Assembly (NCBI GenBank): GCA_963675665.1
Contig: OY776510.1
Location: 3,990,019-4,054,018, forward strand
Direction of reading: 5' to 3'
DNA: 64,000 nucleotides
From: Spirochaetia bacterium
GTDB taxonomy: Bacteria > Spirochaetota > Spirochaetia > UBA9216
The notes under the pieces were generated by a model that saw only the letters and a list, made by a program, of their open reading frames with translations, was not told the origin of the DNA and did not search any database. How positions within the stretch are numbered: the stretch's first letter is position 1; each line of letters starts with the position of its first letter. Shown one piece after another: positions 1-9,280 of this stretch. The position numbers and the translations under genes are program-made.

Positions 1-801
1 TATGTAACTTAAGGTTTCACTGTCTATTCTGCTGCCTATCCTTACAGGAATATTATAATTCTGAGGATACAGCAAAACTTCAAAATCGTCACTGGTTTTT
101 CTGATAATTCTGAATTCCGATAAGCTGTTAAAAAAGGCCGGGGATTCTTTCCGCAGCGATTCAAGACTTTTCAGAAAACCTGTCACAGGCGACGGCATAA
201 CCGAGCCGAGCCGTGCGTCATCAATTCTCACTCCCGACATTACCGGCAGATTCAGTTCGTTAACGGATTTGCCGAGCTGGAATATAACCCCTTTTGAGTC
301 GACTGCAACAGGTATTAACCTGTCGCCGCTTTCAACAAGGCACACCGCCAGCGGGCGTCTTCCTTCGATATGAATATTCAATGTGTCGGGAAATTTCTTT
401 TCAACGGAGGCGGAAGCAATCTGCGGAAACCGCTCAAGCCTAAGCTCGACCTGGGCAGTATCAAGCGCAAAAAACGACACCCCTTTCCCGATACCGGCCA
501 TTTCAAGCAGTTTATCATCCTGGATTGATAAACCTGCGCCGGATTCTATAACGATTTTTTCAATATTAATATTTCGTGCAAAGTAAAGGTGATAAAGCAC
601 CTGAACAAAAATAACAAAAAGAAGCACGGCTATAATTATTTTGAATGCTTTTACTGTTTTTACCCTGCGGTCCTGAGCAAGAGTGTCCTTTTCCAGCCTG
701 TCAGCCTTTGTGAAGATAGTATTTTCAGAGTTGTTATAATCATAAAAAGCGGTTTCGGGGTAATCATATTCCCTGCTGCTGAACTGATGAACCTGACTCA
801 T
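1..801 (-). CDS. ftsQ: Cell division protein FtsQ/DivIB (POTRA domain), partial; the C-terminus runs off the window start
   Basis: Open minus-strand frame from an ATG at 799-801 (MSQVHQFSS...) with a GGAG RBS; the start overlaps the ftsW stop (TAATGA). The product has an N-terminal TM segment followed by a POTRA-like region (LRLERFPQIASASVEKKFPDTLNIHIEGRRPLAV). Its position after ftsW matches the spirochaete dcw order. Not in the ORF table because no stop lies within the window. Confidence 0.6.
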   Translation of the reverse strand, partial: MSQVHQFSSREYDYPETAFYDYNNSENTIFTKADRLEKDTLAQDRRVKTVKAFKIIIAVLLFVIFVQVLYHLYFARNINIEKIVIESGAGLSIQDDKLLEMAGIGKGVSFFALDTAQVELRLERFPQIASASVEKKFPDTLNIHIEGRRPLAVCLVESGDRLIPVAVDSKGVIFQLGKSVNELNLPVMSGVRIDDARLGSVMPSPVTGFLKSLESLRKESPAFFNSLSEFRIIRKTSDDFEVLLYPQNYNIPVRIGSRIDSETLSYI

Positions 802-803
802 TA

Positions 804-1934
804 TTATATTATCTCCTCATTCTGTCTTCTGGTTACACCCAGAAGGAATCCGCACATTATAAAAGATACCATCAGTGAAGAACCGCCTGATGAAAAAAAC
901 GGCAAAGGAATCCCGGTGGCCGGAACCAGCCCGGACACAACAGCCAGATTAAACAAAGCCTGGTACAGTATGCAGCTTGTCAAACCGAAACTTAACAGGA
1001 AATCATACCGGGTTCCGCTTCTGTATCCCCTGAGAAACCCCCTTGCCCCGAAACCGAGGAAAAGCGCAATTATACAAATCACGCCGATAAACCCGATTTC
1101 TTCCGCTGTTGATGCAAATATAAAATCGGAATGAACTTCGGGGAGGCCGCCAAGCTTTTTAAGACCGTTACCAAGTCCCTGCCCCCATAATCCGCCGTTT
1201 TTCAGGGCCGATTGCGCTGCAATAACCTGATAGCCGGAACCTACAGGGTCAGTTTCAGGATTAATAAAGGCAATAAGCCTTTCAACCCTGTGCGGTTTGG
1301 TAAAAAGCATAATCAGCGAGATTGGAACTGCCGCCATCAGCAGGTAAACAAAATGCAGAACGGGAACTCCAGCCATAAAGAAAACCGAGAGGCCGATGAT
1401 CAGTATGAATACGGCTGATGAAAAATCGTTTTGGAGCATTACAAGGCCTATAACAATACCAAGGATAATAAGCGGGGGTACCACCGCATTACCCAGCTCA
1501 TGCATCCGATCCTGTTTTTTATCGAATATATTGGCCAGATACAGGACAATTGCCAGTTTCGCCAGTTCGGAAGGCTGAAATGAATAACCGAACAGAAATA
1601 TCCATCTCCGTGCACCAAGGATTTCCTTGCTTAACCCGGGCATGAAAGTGAGCAGGATCAGTGCAATACTTCCAAGAAGAAACAAGGGCGTATATCGTCT
1701 TATAAAATCTACAGGAATCTTGTATGCCGCAAACCCCAGCAAAACACCTACAGCGCCGAGAATAACCTGTTTTCTTATAAAGAGGAAACTGTCGTTAAAA
1801 TACTTCCCGGCATAATGATATGATGCGGAAAAAAGAGCAGAGAACCCGCAGCCGGCGAGAAGTACTATTATCATGAGAAGTATAAAATCGCTTTGTGCTC
1901 CCGGAGCTTTTTCCAGTTGGAATCTGCCGTTCAT
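804..1934 (-). CDS. ftsW: SEDS-family peptidoglycan glycosyltransferase FtsW (FtsW/RodA family)
   Basis: 376 aa polytopic membrane protein with FtsW/RodA-type motifs (GSGYQVIAAQSALKNGGLWGQGLGNG). Sits in the dcw cluster between mraY and ftsQ. Confidence 0.8.
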   Translation of the reverse strand: MNGRFQLEKAPGAQSDFILLMIIVLLAGCGFSALFSASYHYAGKYFNDSFLFIRKQVILGAVGVLLGFAAYKIPVDFIRRYTPLFLLGSIALILLTFMPGLSKEILGARRWIFLFGYSFQPSELAKLAIVLYLANIFDKKQDRMHELGNAVVPPLIILGIVIGLVMLQNDFSSAVFILIIGLSVFFMAGVPVLHFVYLLMAAVPISLIMLFTKPHRVERLIAFINPETDPVGSGYQVIAAQSALKNGGLWGQGLGNGLKKLGGLPEVHSDFIFASTAEEIGFIGVICIIALFLGFGARGFLRGYRSGTRYDFLLSFGLTSCILYQALFNLAVVSGLVPATGIPLPFFSSGGSSLMVSFIMCGFLLGVTRRQNEEII

Positions 1935-1950
1935 ACCGTCCTTTCCGAAA

Positions 1951-3030
1951 CTACTGAATCTTTAATGTCGAAAGAGCAAGAATCGCAAACATCCCGCCCA
2001 TAATCCAGAATCTTATTACAACCTTTGTCTCAGCCCAGCCTTTCAGCTCAAAATGGTGATGCAAAGGCGCCATTTTAAAAACCCTTCTCCCTGTAATCTT
2101 GAACGATAAAACCTGGATAACAACCGACAGGGCTTCAAGAACAAAAACACCGCCGATAATCACAAGAAGAATTTCTTTTTTTATCATTAATGAAACAACA
2201 CCCAGCACGCCTCCCAGCGCAAGCGAACCGGTATCTCCCATAAACACTTCGGCCGGGTGAGAATTAAACCATAAAAAACCAACTGCTGCGCCCACGAGAG
2301 CAAAGCAAAAAACGGGCAGCTCGCTGCTTTCAGGCAGATACGGTATCTGAAGGTATTCTGCATAATCTGCGCGGCCTGTAATATAGGTCAATATGGCAAA
2401 TGCAATTCCGGCCATTATCACCAGCCCTATTGCAAGTCCGTCAAGACCGTCGGTCAGGTTAACAGCATTTGTCCATGAAACAAGGACAAATACCCCGAAG
2501 GGTATATAAAGCACCCCCAAATCAAGCACAGGGTTCTTGAAAAATGGAAGATACAGCAAAGTTGTATGCTCATTGCCGTTAAAATAAATAAACAGTACAA
2601 TTATAAGCGATATTGTAATCTGACCTATTATTTTAAACCTCGCATGAAGCCCTTCCGTGCTTTTCCGGGTTATCTTCAGATAATCGTCTAGAAACCCGAC
2701 AATTCCAAACCCGAGAAGAGAAACAACTCCTATCCATACGTACGGATTGCTGAAATCCTGCCAGAGAAGACAGGAAACAAGAACTGCAAGAATCATTATA
2801 ATTCCGCCCATCGTCGGGGTCCCGGTTTTATACATATGACTCTGCGGCCCGTCGCTTCTGACCATCTGCCCCAGTTTAAATTTCTTCAGCGCCTTAATGA
2901 TTTTCGGGCCCAGAAGAAAAGATATAAATAAAGCTGTAACCGCTGCATAAGCTGCACGAAAAGTAATATACTGAAATATGTTAAAAGCGGAAAAATATTC
3001 CACCAGCGGATATAGCAGTTCTTTTAGCAT
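1951..3030 (-). CDS. mraY: Phospho-N-acetylmuramoyl-pentapeptide transferase MraY
   Basis: 359 aa, 10-TM pattern, conserved MraY segments (GTPTMGG, DDYLKI, NAVNLTDGLDGLA). The stop overlaps the murF start. Confidence 0.9.
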   Translation of the reverse strand: MLKELLYPLVEYFSAFNIFQYITFRAAYAAVTALFISFLLGPKIIKALKKFKLGQMVRSDGPQSHMYKTGTPTMGGIIMILAVLVSCLLWQDFSNPYVWIGVVSLLGFGIVGFLDDYLKITRKSTEGLHARFKIIGQITISLIIVLFIYFNGNEHTTLLYLPFFKNPVLDLGVLYIPFGVFVLVSWTNAVNLTDGLDGLAIGLVIMAGIAFAILTYITGRADYAEYLQIPYLPESSELPVFCFALVGAAVGFLWFNSHPAEVFMGDTGSLALGGVLGVVSLMIKKEILLVIIGGVFVLEALSVVIQVLSFKITGRRVFKMAPLHHHFELKGWAETKVVIRFWIMGGMFAILALSTLKIQ

Positions 3031-4451
3031 TTCTCCTCCACAAATATATTGGCTACAGGCTCAAGCAAACGCTCCAGGTTCATTGACCTTGAACCTTTAA
3101 TTAAAAGCAAATCACCCCTTTGCAGCCCGGAAAGAACATTTTTTTCAAGTTCAGAATATTCAGACGTATAATACAGCTCCGGACCTGCATTCTTTACAAG
3201 CGATGCAGCTTCCCGGTATGCTTCGGCAGAATCTTCACCGAAAAAGAAAACCTTATCAGCTGAGCTTGCTGCTGCAGTGCGTCCGGCTTCAGTATGTATA
3301 TCCCTGCTGTTTTCTCCAAGCTCTTTCATGTCACCCAGGACATAGATTTTTGAGCCGTCCCATTCAAGACTGTCGGCAAATTTTACTGATTGATTCAGAG
3401 AATCGGCATTTGCGTTATAACAATCCTGGATAATCGTAACCGGCCCGTTTATAATCTGGCTTCTGCCGGACAGCGGAACAGCCTTTTCAAGGCCTGCTTT
3501 CAGCTGCTCACTGGATAAACCGGCATAACGCCCGACAGCACACGCTCCGAAAGCATTTTTAAGATTATGGATACCGATTAGAGGAAATTTTATTTCCACA
3601 TCATCAAAACTGATAACCCATCCTTCCAGTCCGCAGTCTTTACATTGAAGATTTTCTGATTCGGACTTAAAACTCTTAAACCCGTAGCTGATTGTAGTGC
3701 CGCTATGGCCTTCACCTAGAAACGAACCGAAAGATTCTTCCTCATCTACAAACAAAACTCCCTGTTTTGCAAACAGGGAAACCGAACGGCGTTTTTCATA
3801 GGCCGTTTTTTCGATATTTTTAAAGATACCGATATGGGCGGTCCCGATATTGGTAATGACAACCATATCGGGACGGAGTATTTCAGCGAGTACATCCATT
3901 TCACCCACACGGTTAATACCCATTTCAATCACCGCATATTCATGCGTGTTTTTTATGTTAAAAACCGTTAACGGAAGTCCTATTTCCGAATTATAATTCC
4001 CACCGGTTTTTACAACATTATACTTTTCGCCCAGTACGGCAGCGATAAGTTCTTTGGTCGTCGTCTTGCCGCTGCTTCCGGTGACGCCGATTCTGACCGG
4101 ACCGGTTATTCTTTTCATATACCCGGAAGCTATCTGCTGCAAGGCAGAAAGCGGATCTTCTGCTGCAATAATAAACCTTTCCGCCGGAACAGGTTTCACC
4201 TCCGCCTTATGCAAAGAGTACCATTCTGCAGAAACAGCAGCTCCGCAGGCTCCGTTATCAAATGCCGCCTGCAGAAAATCATGTCCATCTACATTTTCTC
4301 CTTTCAGAGCAATAAACAGGCTGCCTTCAGTACATTTTCTCGAATCCACCTCAACTGAAAACACCCGGATTTCAGGATTACCAAGAATTTCGCCCCCGGA
4401 CCATCCGATCGCATCATTTGCTGTAAAAAGAACAGCCGAATTAACCATCAT
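3024..4451 (-). CDS. murF: UDP-N-acetylmuramoyl-tripeptide--D-alanyl-D-alanine ligase MurF
   Basis: 475 aa Mur ligase with a P-loop (GVTGSSGKTTTKE) and the Mur ligase middle and C domains. Lies in the dcw cluster and overlaps mraY by 7 nt. Confidence 0.85.
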   Translation of the reverse strand: MMVNSAVLFTANDAIGWSGGEILGNPEIRVFSVEVDSRKCTEGSLFIALKGENVDGHDFLQAAFDNGACGAAVSAEWYSLHKAEVKPVPAERFIIAAEDPLSALQQIASGYMKRITGPVRIGVTGSSGKTTTKELIAAVLGEKYNVVKTGGNYNSEIGLPLTVFNIKNTHEYAVIEMGINRVGEMDVLAEILRPDMVVITNIGTAHIGIFKNIEKTAYEKRRSVSLFAKQGVLFVDEEESFGSFLGEGHSGTTISYGFKSFKSESENLQCKDCGLEGWVISFDDVEIKFPLIGIHNLKNAFGACAVGRYAGLSSEQLKAGLEKAVPLSGRSQIINGPVTIIQDCYNANADSLNQSVKFADSLEWDGSKIYVLGDMKELGENSRDIHTEAGRTAAASSADKVFFFGEDSAEAYREAASLVKNAGPELYYTSEYSELEKNVLSGLQRGDLLLIKGSRSMNLERLLEPVANIFVEEKC

Positions 4452-4731
4452 TTCTGCCCTTTCCCGTTTTCAGTTCAATTCTCAGAATACTGTCGGGATC
4501 TATCTTCTTTAATCCGAGATCTTCTTCGGCAATTTTGTTTATTCTGAAAGGAGATTTTAAAAACTCAATCCCCATGACAATCTTCTTGTTTTTTTCGAAT
4601 ACATCTTTCTGGATCTGCTCAAGTTCGGAAACCTCCCTGCTCAGCATATCGTAACGGTATGACTGAAATACGGATAAAAAAAGGAGAACAGGAATAGATA
4701 TAACAAGTAATGCAGCAAGCTTCTTTTTCAA
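4441..4731 (-). CDS. ftsL: FtsL/DivIC-like septum protein (single TM plus coiled coil)
   Basis: 96 aa with an N-terminal TM helix followed by a coiled-coil segment. Located between rsmH and murF and overlaps murF by 11 nt. Confidence 0.5.
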   Translation of the reverse strand: MKKKLAALLVISIPVLLFLSVFQSYRYDMLSREVSELEQIQKDVFEKNKKIVMGIEFLKSPFRINKIAEEDLGLKKIDPDSILRIELKTGKGRNDG

Positions 4732-4734
4732 AAC

Positions 4735-5682
4735 TTAAAATTCCTCATCTGAAATCTTTTTAACGACCCTCAGCTTTGAACTCCGGGAAGGAGGATTGTC
4801 CTTCACCTCCAGCTCCGCAGGCACAACAGGCTTTTTGGTTATAATCTCAACTATTTTCCTGCCGTTACAATTACATATCGGCTGTTCAGGAGGGCAGATA
4901 CAGGCCTTATTCATATCCCTGAAGAAGTGCTTTACTTTTCGGTCCTCGAGGGAATGGAATGTAATAACTCCCATTCTTCCGCCGGGCTTAAGAACCCGGA
5001 GAGCATTGGCAAGTACCGAGTCAAGCCTTGCAAGTTCGCCGTTAACTGCTATGCGAAGGGCCTGAAAGGTTCTTGTAGCCGGATGTATCCTGCCGTGACG
5101 GTAGTCTGCAGGCGAAGACTTGAAAATCACTTCAGCAAGCTGCACTGTAGTCTCAATTCGCCCGTTTTTTCGTTCGGCAACAACGGCTCTCGCAAAACGT
5201 CTTGAAAGCCGCTCTTCGCCGAACTGGTAGATAAGGTCTGCAATTTCATTCTCCGGATATTCATTTATAATATCCGCTGCAGATATTTCCAGTTCCGGCG
5301 AAAGCCTCATATCGAGCGGTTCGTCTCTGAGAAAAGAGAATCCCCTGCCCGATTTCTCGTAATGAAAAATTGAAATCCCGAGATCAAAAAGGATGAGGTC
5401 GGGTCGTTCATCTCCCAGAGGATACTGCTTAAAAAACTGGTTGAACCACTGATTAAAAAACCTGACCCTTCCCCCAAAGGGTTCAAGCCGCTGTTTCGCA
5501 ACAGCCATTATGTTTTCATCAGCATCCAGACCCGCCACATTAATCCAGGGGCATCTTGAAAGAAAGAGCTCCGAGTGTCCCCCTTCGCCCTGGGTACAGT
5601 CTATAAGAAGCTTTTCATCTTTCTTCGGCTCCAGATAACTGTACACCTCTTCTTTCAGCACTGAATAATGTGCAATATCCAT
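4735..5682 (-). CDS. rsmH: 16S rRNA (cytosine1402-N4)-methyltransferase RsmH (MraW)
   Basis: 315 aa. SAM-binding region IDCTQGEGGHSE and the conserved RsmH C-terminal part. Canonical position directly after mraZ. Confidence 0.9.
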   Translation of the reverse strand: MDIAHYSVLKEEVYSYLEPKKDEKLLIDCTQGEGGHSELFLSRCPWINVAGLDADENIMAVAKQRLEPFGGRVRFFNQWFNQFFKQYPLGDERPDLILFDLGISIFHYEKSGRGFSFLRDEPLDMRLSPELEISAADIINEYPENEIADLIYQFGEERLSRRFARAVVAERKNGRIETTVQLAEVIFKSSPADYRHGRIHPATRTFQALRIAVNGELARLDSVLANALRVLKPGGRMGVITFHSLEDRKVKHFFRDMNKACICPPEQPICNCNGRKIVEIITKKPVVPAELEVKDNPPSRSSKLRVVKKISDEEF

Positions 5683-5706
5683 GAACGACCCTTTTCCCGG
5701 CTATGC

Positions 5707-6147
5707 TCAGATATTCAGAAGATCACCGAGATCTTCTGCTGCAGCCAGAAAATCCTCCTCACTTTCATTAAGATACTTGTCATATTCCGACTCGTCCCAG
5801 ATCTCCATATACTTCTCCATGGCAAGAAGAACTACTTCCTTGCTCAGGCCGGCAGACTCTCTTAAAGTCGGAGGTATATTTATCCGTCCGGATTTGTCGA
5901 TCTCGCATTCCTGCGCCGGCGCAATTATGCGTCTCTGCAGCAGCCTTGTTTTTGATTTAAACACGGAAGAGGAATCAAGTATAAGTGAAGCTATTCTCTT
6001 CCATTCATCAGGAGTGTACACCCACAGGCATTTATCAATCCCGCGGGTCAGTACAAGCTGATTTCCCGGGATTAAATTTCTCACACGTGAGGGGACTAAC
6101 ATGCGGCCTTTTTCATCCAGATTGTTCCTGTATTCGCCGGTAATCAT
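5707..6147 (-). CDS. mraZ: Transcriptional regulator MraZ
   Basis: 146 aa. Tandem MraZ/SpoVT-AbrB halves (LDEKGRMLVPSRVR ... IDKSGRINIPPTLR). First gene of the dcw cluster. Confidence 0.9.
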   Translation of the reverse strand: MITGEYRNNLDEKGRMLVPSRVRNLIPGNQLVLTRGIDKCLWVYTPDEWKRIASLILDSSSVFKSKTRLLQRRIIAPAQECEIDKSGRINIPPTLRESAGLSKEVVLLAMEKYMEIWDESEYDKYLNESEEDFLAAAEDLGDLLNI

Positions 6148-6152
6148 ATTAA

Positions 6153-6192
6153 TCCCACTTACTCCTAATTTCTCCCACTTTTTACCACCTAT
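6153..6192 (-). promoter_or_regulatory. Candidate MraZ operator: three GTGG[GT] direct repeats phased at 10 and 20 bp in the mraZ leader
   Basis: Minus-strand sequence AGGTGGTAAAAAGTGGGAGAAATTAGGAGTAAGTGGGATTAATATG. The GTGGT/GTGGG/GTGGG units match the TGGG-type repeat set that MraZ proteins bind in other bacteria. Inferred from motif only. Confidence 0.3.
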
Positions 6193-6327
6193 TTGATATC
6201 TTAAACCATGAAATTCCTTTTATAAACCTTTATTTAAATAAATTAAAGAAAAACTGAAAATATTCCGATAATACAACTTAACTTTTGTTTAGTAGCTTTT
6301 TTCATGTTAAAGCGGTAAATATACTGT

Positions 6328-6621
6328 ATGTCTATCTATCGAGTACATTTCAAATGGAAGGATAAAGAACTCCAGCTTAAGGCAGCCAGCCTGGACCTGA
6401 CTCATCCTTACTTTGTTTCCATAAAAGACCTGATTTTGGGAAAAGAATCAAAACTGATTATCGATCCCTCTGAAGACGAGGTCAGAAGATTGTTCGGCAA
6501 GGCGGAACATCTTATGATTCCGTTTCAGACAGTATCTTTAATAGAAGAGTTTAAGGATAATGCTTTTGACAATCCCCGCGTAATGGATTTTAAACTTTTC
6601 GAAGAAGAAAAAAATCAGTGA
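6328..6621 (+). CDS. Hypothetical small protein (97 aa)
   Basis: ORF divergent from mraZ across an AT-rich intergenic region. Its stop overlaps the start of the next ORF (ATGA). No recognisable motif. Confidence 0.4.
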   Translation: MSIYRVHFKWKDKELQLKAASLDLTHPYFVSIKDLILGKESKLIIDPSEDEVRRLFGKAEHLMIPFQTVSLIEEFKDNAFDNPRVMDFKLFEEEKNQ

Positions 6622-6857
6622 CATGGGACACACGCGTTATCGTATACCCTGAGGGAGACTGTATCGAAATCAGGCGCGATTTAAAAATAAATGAACTGGT
6701 CGATTTAAACGGGAACCCTGTAAGGCTTCCACTCCCGACCCACAGAATGATTGTTTACAGGGTTTACCGGAAGACGACATCCGACACCAACAACGGCCCG
6801 GTAATAAAATATCACCTTGAACAGCTGCCCGCGTCCGAAACAATAAATCTTGTCTGA
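6618..6857 (+). CDS. Hypothetical small protein (79 aa), translationally coupled to 6328-6621
   Basis: 4-nt overlap with the upstream ORF. No recognisable domain. Confidence 0.4.
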   Translation: MTWDTRVIVYPEGDCIEIRRDLKINELVDLNGNPVRLPLPTHRMIVYRVYRKTTSDTNNGPVIKYHLEQLPASETINLV

Positions 6858-6890
6858 GTTTTTTTCCGAATCCGGCGTTAATGCAGCCTG

Positions 6891-8489
6891 TTATTCCGCA
6901 GCACTATGTTCGCCGAATATCCGGTAATCAAGATCCGGGAATATTTTATTTTCCTTCTCAATCCTGGTCAGCCATTCCGTATTTACCGTATTCCGGCAAA
7001 GATTATCGTAAATCTTGTTAAAATTATGCAGATGCCTTTTTACCCGCATCTTTGCATAATCAGCATTCAGACATGTTTTCATAATAAACGGCCAGTCGGA
7101 CGCCTGTGACAACAGGACTTCGCGTGCAGCCTGATCAAGCACGCGCTTTTTTAATCCCGATTCATCCGGAAAACGGGTAACAAGTTCCTGCATCCGTTCG
7201 GATGCCTTGTGAAGATGTCTGTAGATCCAGTCATTTGCTCCTCCAAGCCATACCGAAGCATATCCTTTATTACCCCAGCTGGAAAATATCGGTTCAACCT
7301 TTTCATTGTCTTTATATTCATCAACATACTCGGAAGGACTGATCATCTCGACGTCTTCCGATTCAGCCGCCATCCTGATAACATGCTCAAACCAGACAAT
7401 TCCTTCGTACCACCATTTACCGAATATCTCGGTATCATAGGGACAGATAATAATAGGCGGACGATCCATCAGTTTATTCAGTTTGGCAACCTGGTTAACC
7501 CGCTGATAGATAAAATTTTCGGCATGCTCAACGGCTTTGGCCCTGGCTTTTTCAGGGTTGTAAAGCTGGCCCTTTTCGCCGCTGCTCAGCCTGTAGTATT
7601 TATATCCTGTTGTAATCCTTATCTTTTCATCGAAAATATGCGGGCCGATATACTCAAAAGGCTGGTTAAAACCTATGTCCTGGGTCCCGTCGCGATAAAG
7701 TCTGTCCCCGGGATACCCGTCCTCATTAGACCATACGGACCGTGATGCCGGGATATCACGTGAAAAAGCAAGGATTCCGGCGTCTGTTTCAACAGGAGCA
7801 TAAACCCCGTATCTGGACTTTTTACCTGCAAAGAGCTGGCCGTGAGCAGTTATAAAACTGTAATCAATTCCATGCTGCTTCATATATTTTCCGAGACCGG
7901 GGAAATAACCCAGTTCAGGAATCCACATTCCCCTCGGCGCCTGTCCGAATACACGGCCGTATGAAATTACTGCGGTATGGATTTGTGCTTCTATTACCTG
8001 CGGTAATTCCTGGTAAAGAGGCAGGAAGGCATGTGTTGCTGCCGTAGTGATTATCTCGATACACCCGGCTTTTTCAAGATGCTTAAACCCTTTTATCAGG
8101 TTTCGTTTATATAATTCTTCAAAATCGGCAAGGCATTTTTCATAATGACTCTTATAAAGTTTCGACAACTTGAGAATATCGGAGTTTTTACGGTTTCGTT
8201 CGATCTCCTTTTCACCGAGAACAATCTTGTCTTTCAGAAAAAGAACAAATCTTTCCTGAAGAAGATCATCAAGAAGCATGGTAGTAAGTGTGGGAGATAA
8301 TGAAACCGTTATCCTGTAGGGTACTTTTTCTTCATAAAGTCTGGTCAGTACATCCAGAAGAGGCATATAAGTTTCTGCAAGCGCATCGAAAAACCAGTTT
8401 TCTTCAAGGCATTTCTCTTTTTCGGGATGATGAACATAGGGAAGATGAGAGTGAAGCACAAAACCAAGATATCCTTTATTGATGCTCAT
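6891..8489 (-). CDS. Glycoside hydrolase family 57 alpha-glucan enzyme (GH57 branching-enzyme/amylase type)
   Basis: 532 aa. N-terminal FVLHSHLPYV motif typical of GH57, followed by a C-terminal helical domain. Size matches GH57 glucan branching enzymes. Confidence 0.75.
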   Translation of the reverse strand: MSINKGYLGFVLHSHLPYVHHPEKEKCLEENWFFDALAETYMPLLDVLTRLYEEKVPYRITVSLSPTLTTMLLDDLLQERFVLFLKDKIVLGEKEIERNRKNSDILKLSKLYKSHYEKCLADFEELYKRNLIKGFKHLEKAGCIEIITTAATHAFLPLYQELPQVIEAQIHTAVISYGRVFGQAPRGMWIPELGYFPGLGKYMKQHGIDYSFITAHGQLFAGKKSRYGVYAPVETDAGILAFSRDIPASRSVWSNEDGYPGDRLYRDGTQDIGFNQPFEYIGPHIFDEKIRITTGYKYYRLSSGEKGQLYNPEKARAKAVEHAENFIYQRVNQVAKLNKLMDRPPIIICPYDTEIFGKWWYEGIVWFEHVIRMAAESEDVEMISPSEYVDEYKDNEKVEPIFSSWGNKGYASVWLGGANDWIYRHLHKASERMQELVTRFPDESGLKKRVLDQAAREVLLSQASDWPFIMKTCLNADYAKMRVKRHLHNFNKIYDNLCRNTVNTEWLTRIEKENKIFPDLDYRIFGEHSAAE

Positions 8490-8495
8490 AAATCT

Positions 8496-9224
8496 TTACT
8501 CCAGAAAATCACTGTCTATCATTGAAATTATACGCTGCGGGATTTTCCCGGCAGCTTCATATTCGCTCAGATCATATACTCCTGCAACAATCAGCAGATC
8601 ATTACCTGTGCCCTTAAGTTCTTTCAGATTTTTAAGTTCATCGACTTCCCAGAGAGGACTCTCAACTATATTTGATCTGCAGAGTATCTTAACCGAAGAC
8701 TGGCTTTTCAGAATCAGCTCGGCGCAATAAAATATTCCGGTTCGGGGCAGATTGATATACCAGCTGCTGTCGTCTACAGTTACAGGGATATCGGAAAAAT
8801 CAAGAATATTCTTCTTTTCAAATACGGAGGTTTTTAATTCGTAAACCCTCAGGAACAGCTTCCCGTTCAAAGCCCCGTATTTAAGTGCCGAGATATCGGA
8901 TTCTTTAATATCCCAGTAAGTATAGGCCCACGCGGGGTCTCTTAAAAGCATAACAATCTTTGTTTCATTGTACCTTTCAGGCAGCGGATACATATCTTCA
9001 TCAAAATCGAACTGTTCGTTCAGTGTGATATCGAATTTCCGCTCTTTAATCTGCATGGCAGGATTGTTTGCCAGGGCATTCTCTGCACGGTCTTCTTCAA
9101 TTGCATCAAGAATCAGATCGATCAAATCCTGCTTGTCTATGGAATCATTGAAACTTATACCCTCTTTTACTGCAAGATTCCGTAAAAATTCTTCAGGTAA
9201 TAACTGCAGCCGTTCCTCTGTCAT
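8496..9224 (-). CDS. DUF4912-like protein with an N-terminal Rho_N/SAP-like motif, co-transcribed with GH57
   Basis: 242 aa. N-terminus LRNLAVKEGISFNDSIDKQDLIDLILDAIEE resembles the Rho N-terminal motif. Only 6 nt upstream of the GH57 gene. The DUF4912 family assignment is from memory and is of moderate certainty. Confidence 0.5.
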   Translation of the reverse strand: MTEERLQLLPEEFLRNLAVKEGISFNDSIDKQDLIDLILDAIEEDRAENALANNPAMQIKERKFDITLNEQFDFDEDMYPLPERYNETKIVMLLRDPAWAYTYWDIKESDISALKYGALNGKLFLRVYELKTSVFEKKNILDFSDIPVTVDDSSWYINLPRTGIFYCAELILKSQSSVKILCRSNIVESPLWEVDELKNLKELKGTGNDLLIVAGVYDLSEYEAAGKIPQRIISMIDSDFLE

Positions 9225-9280
9225 CGTACCCCCCGGTGTATCAACTAATCCTAGATAAATGAATATGTTGTGTCAATAGT

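Noticed and set aside
383-1134. Plus-strand ORFs 383-586 and 589-1134
   Set aside because: Antisense to the ftsQ and ftsW coding frames, which have clear family signatures. No RBS or motif support.
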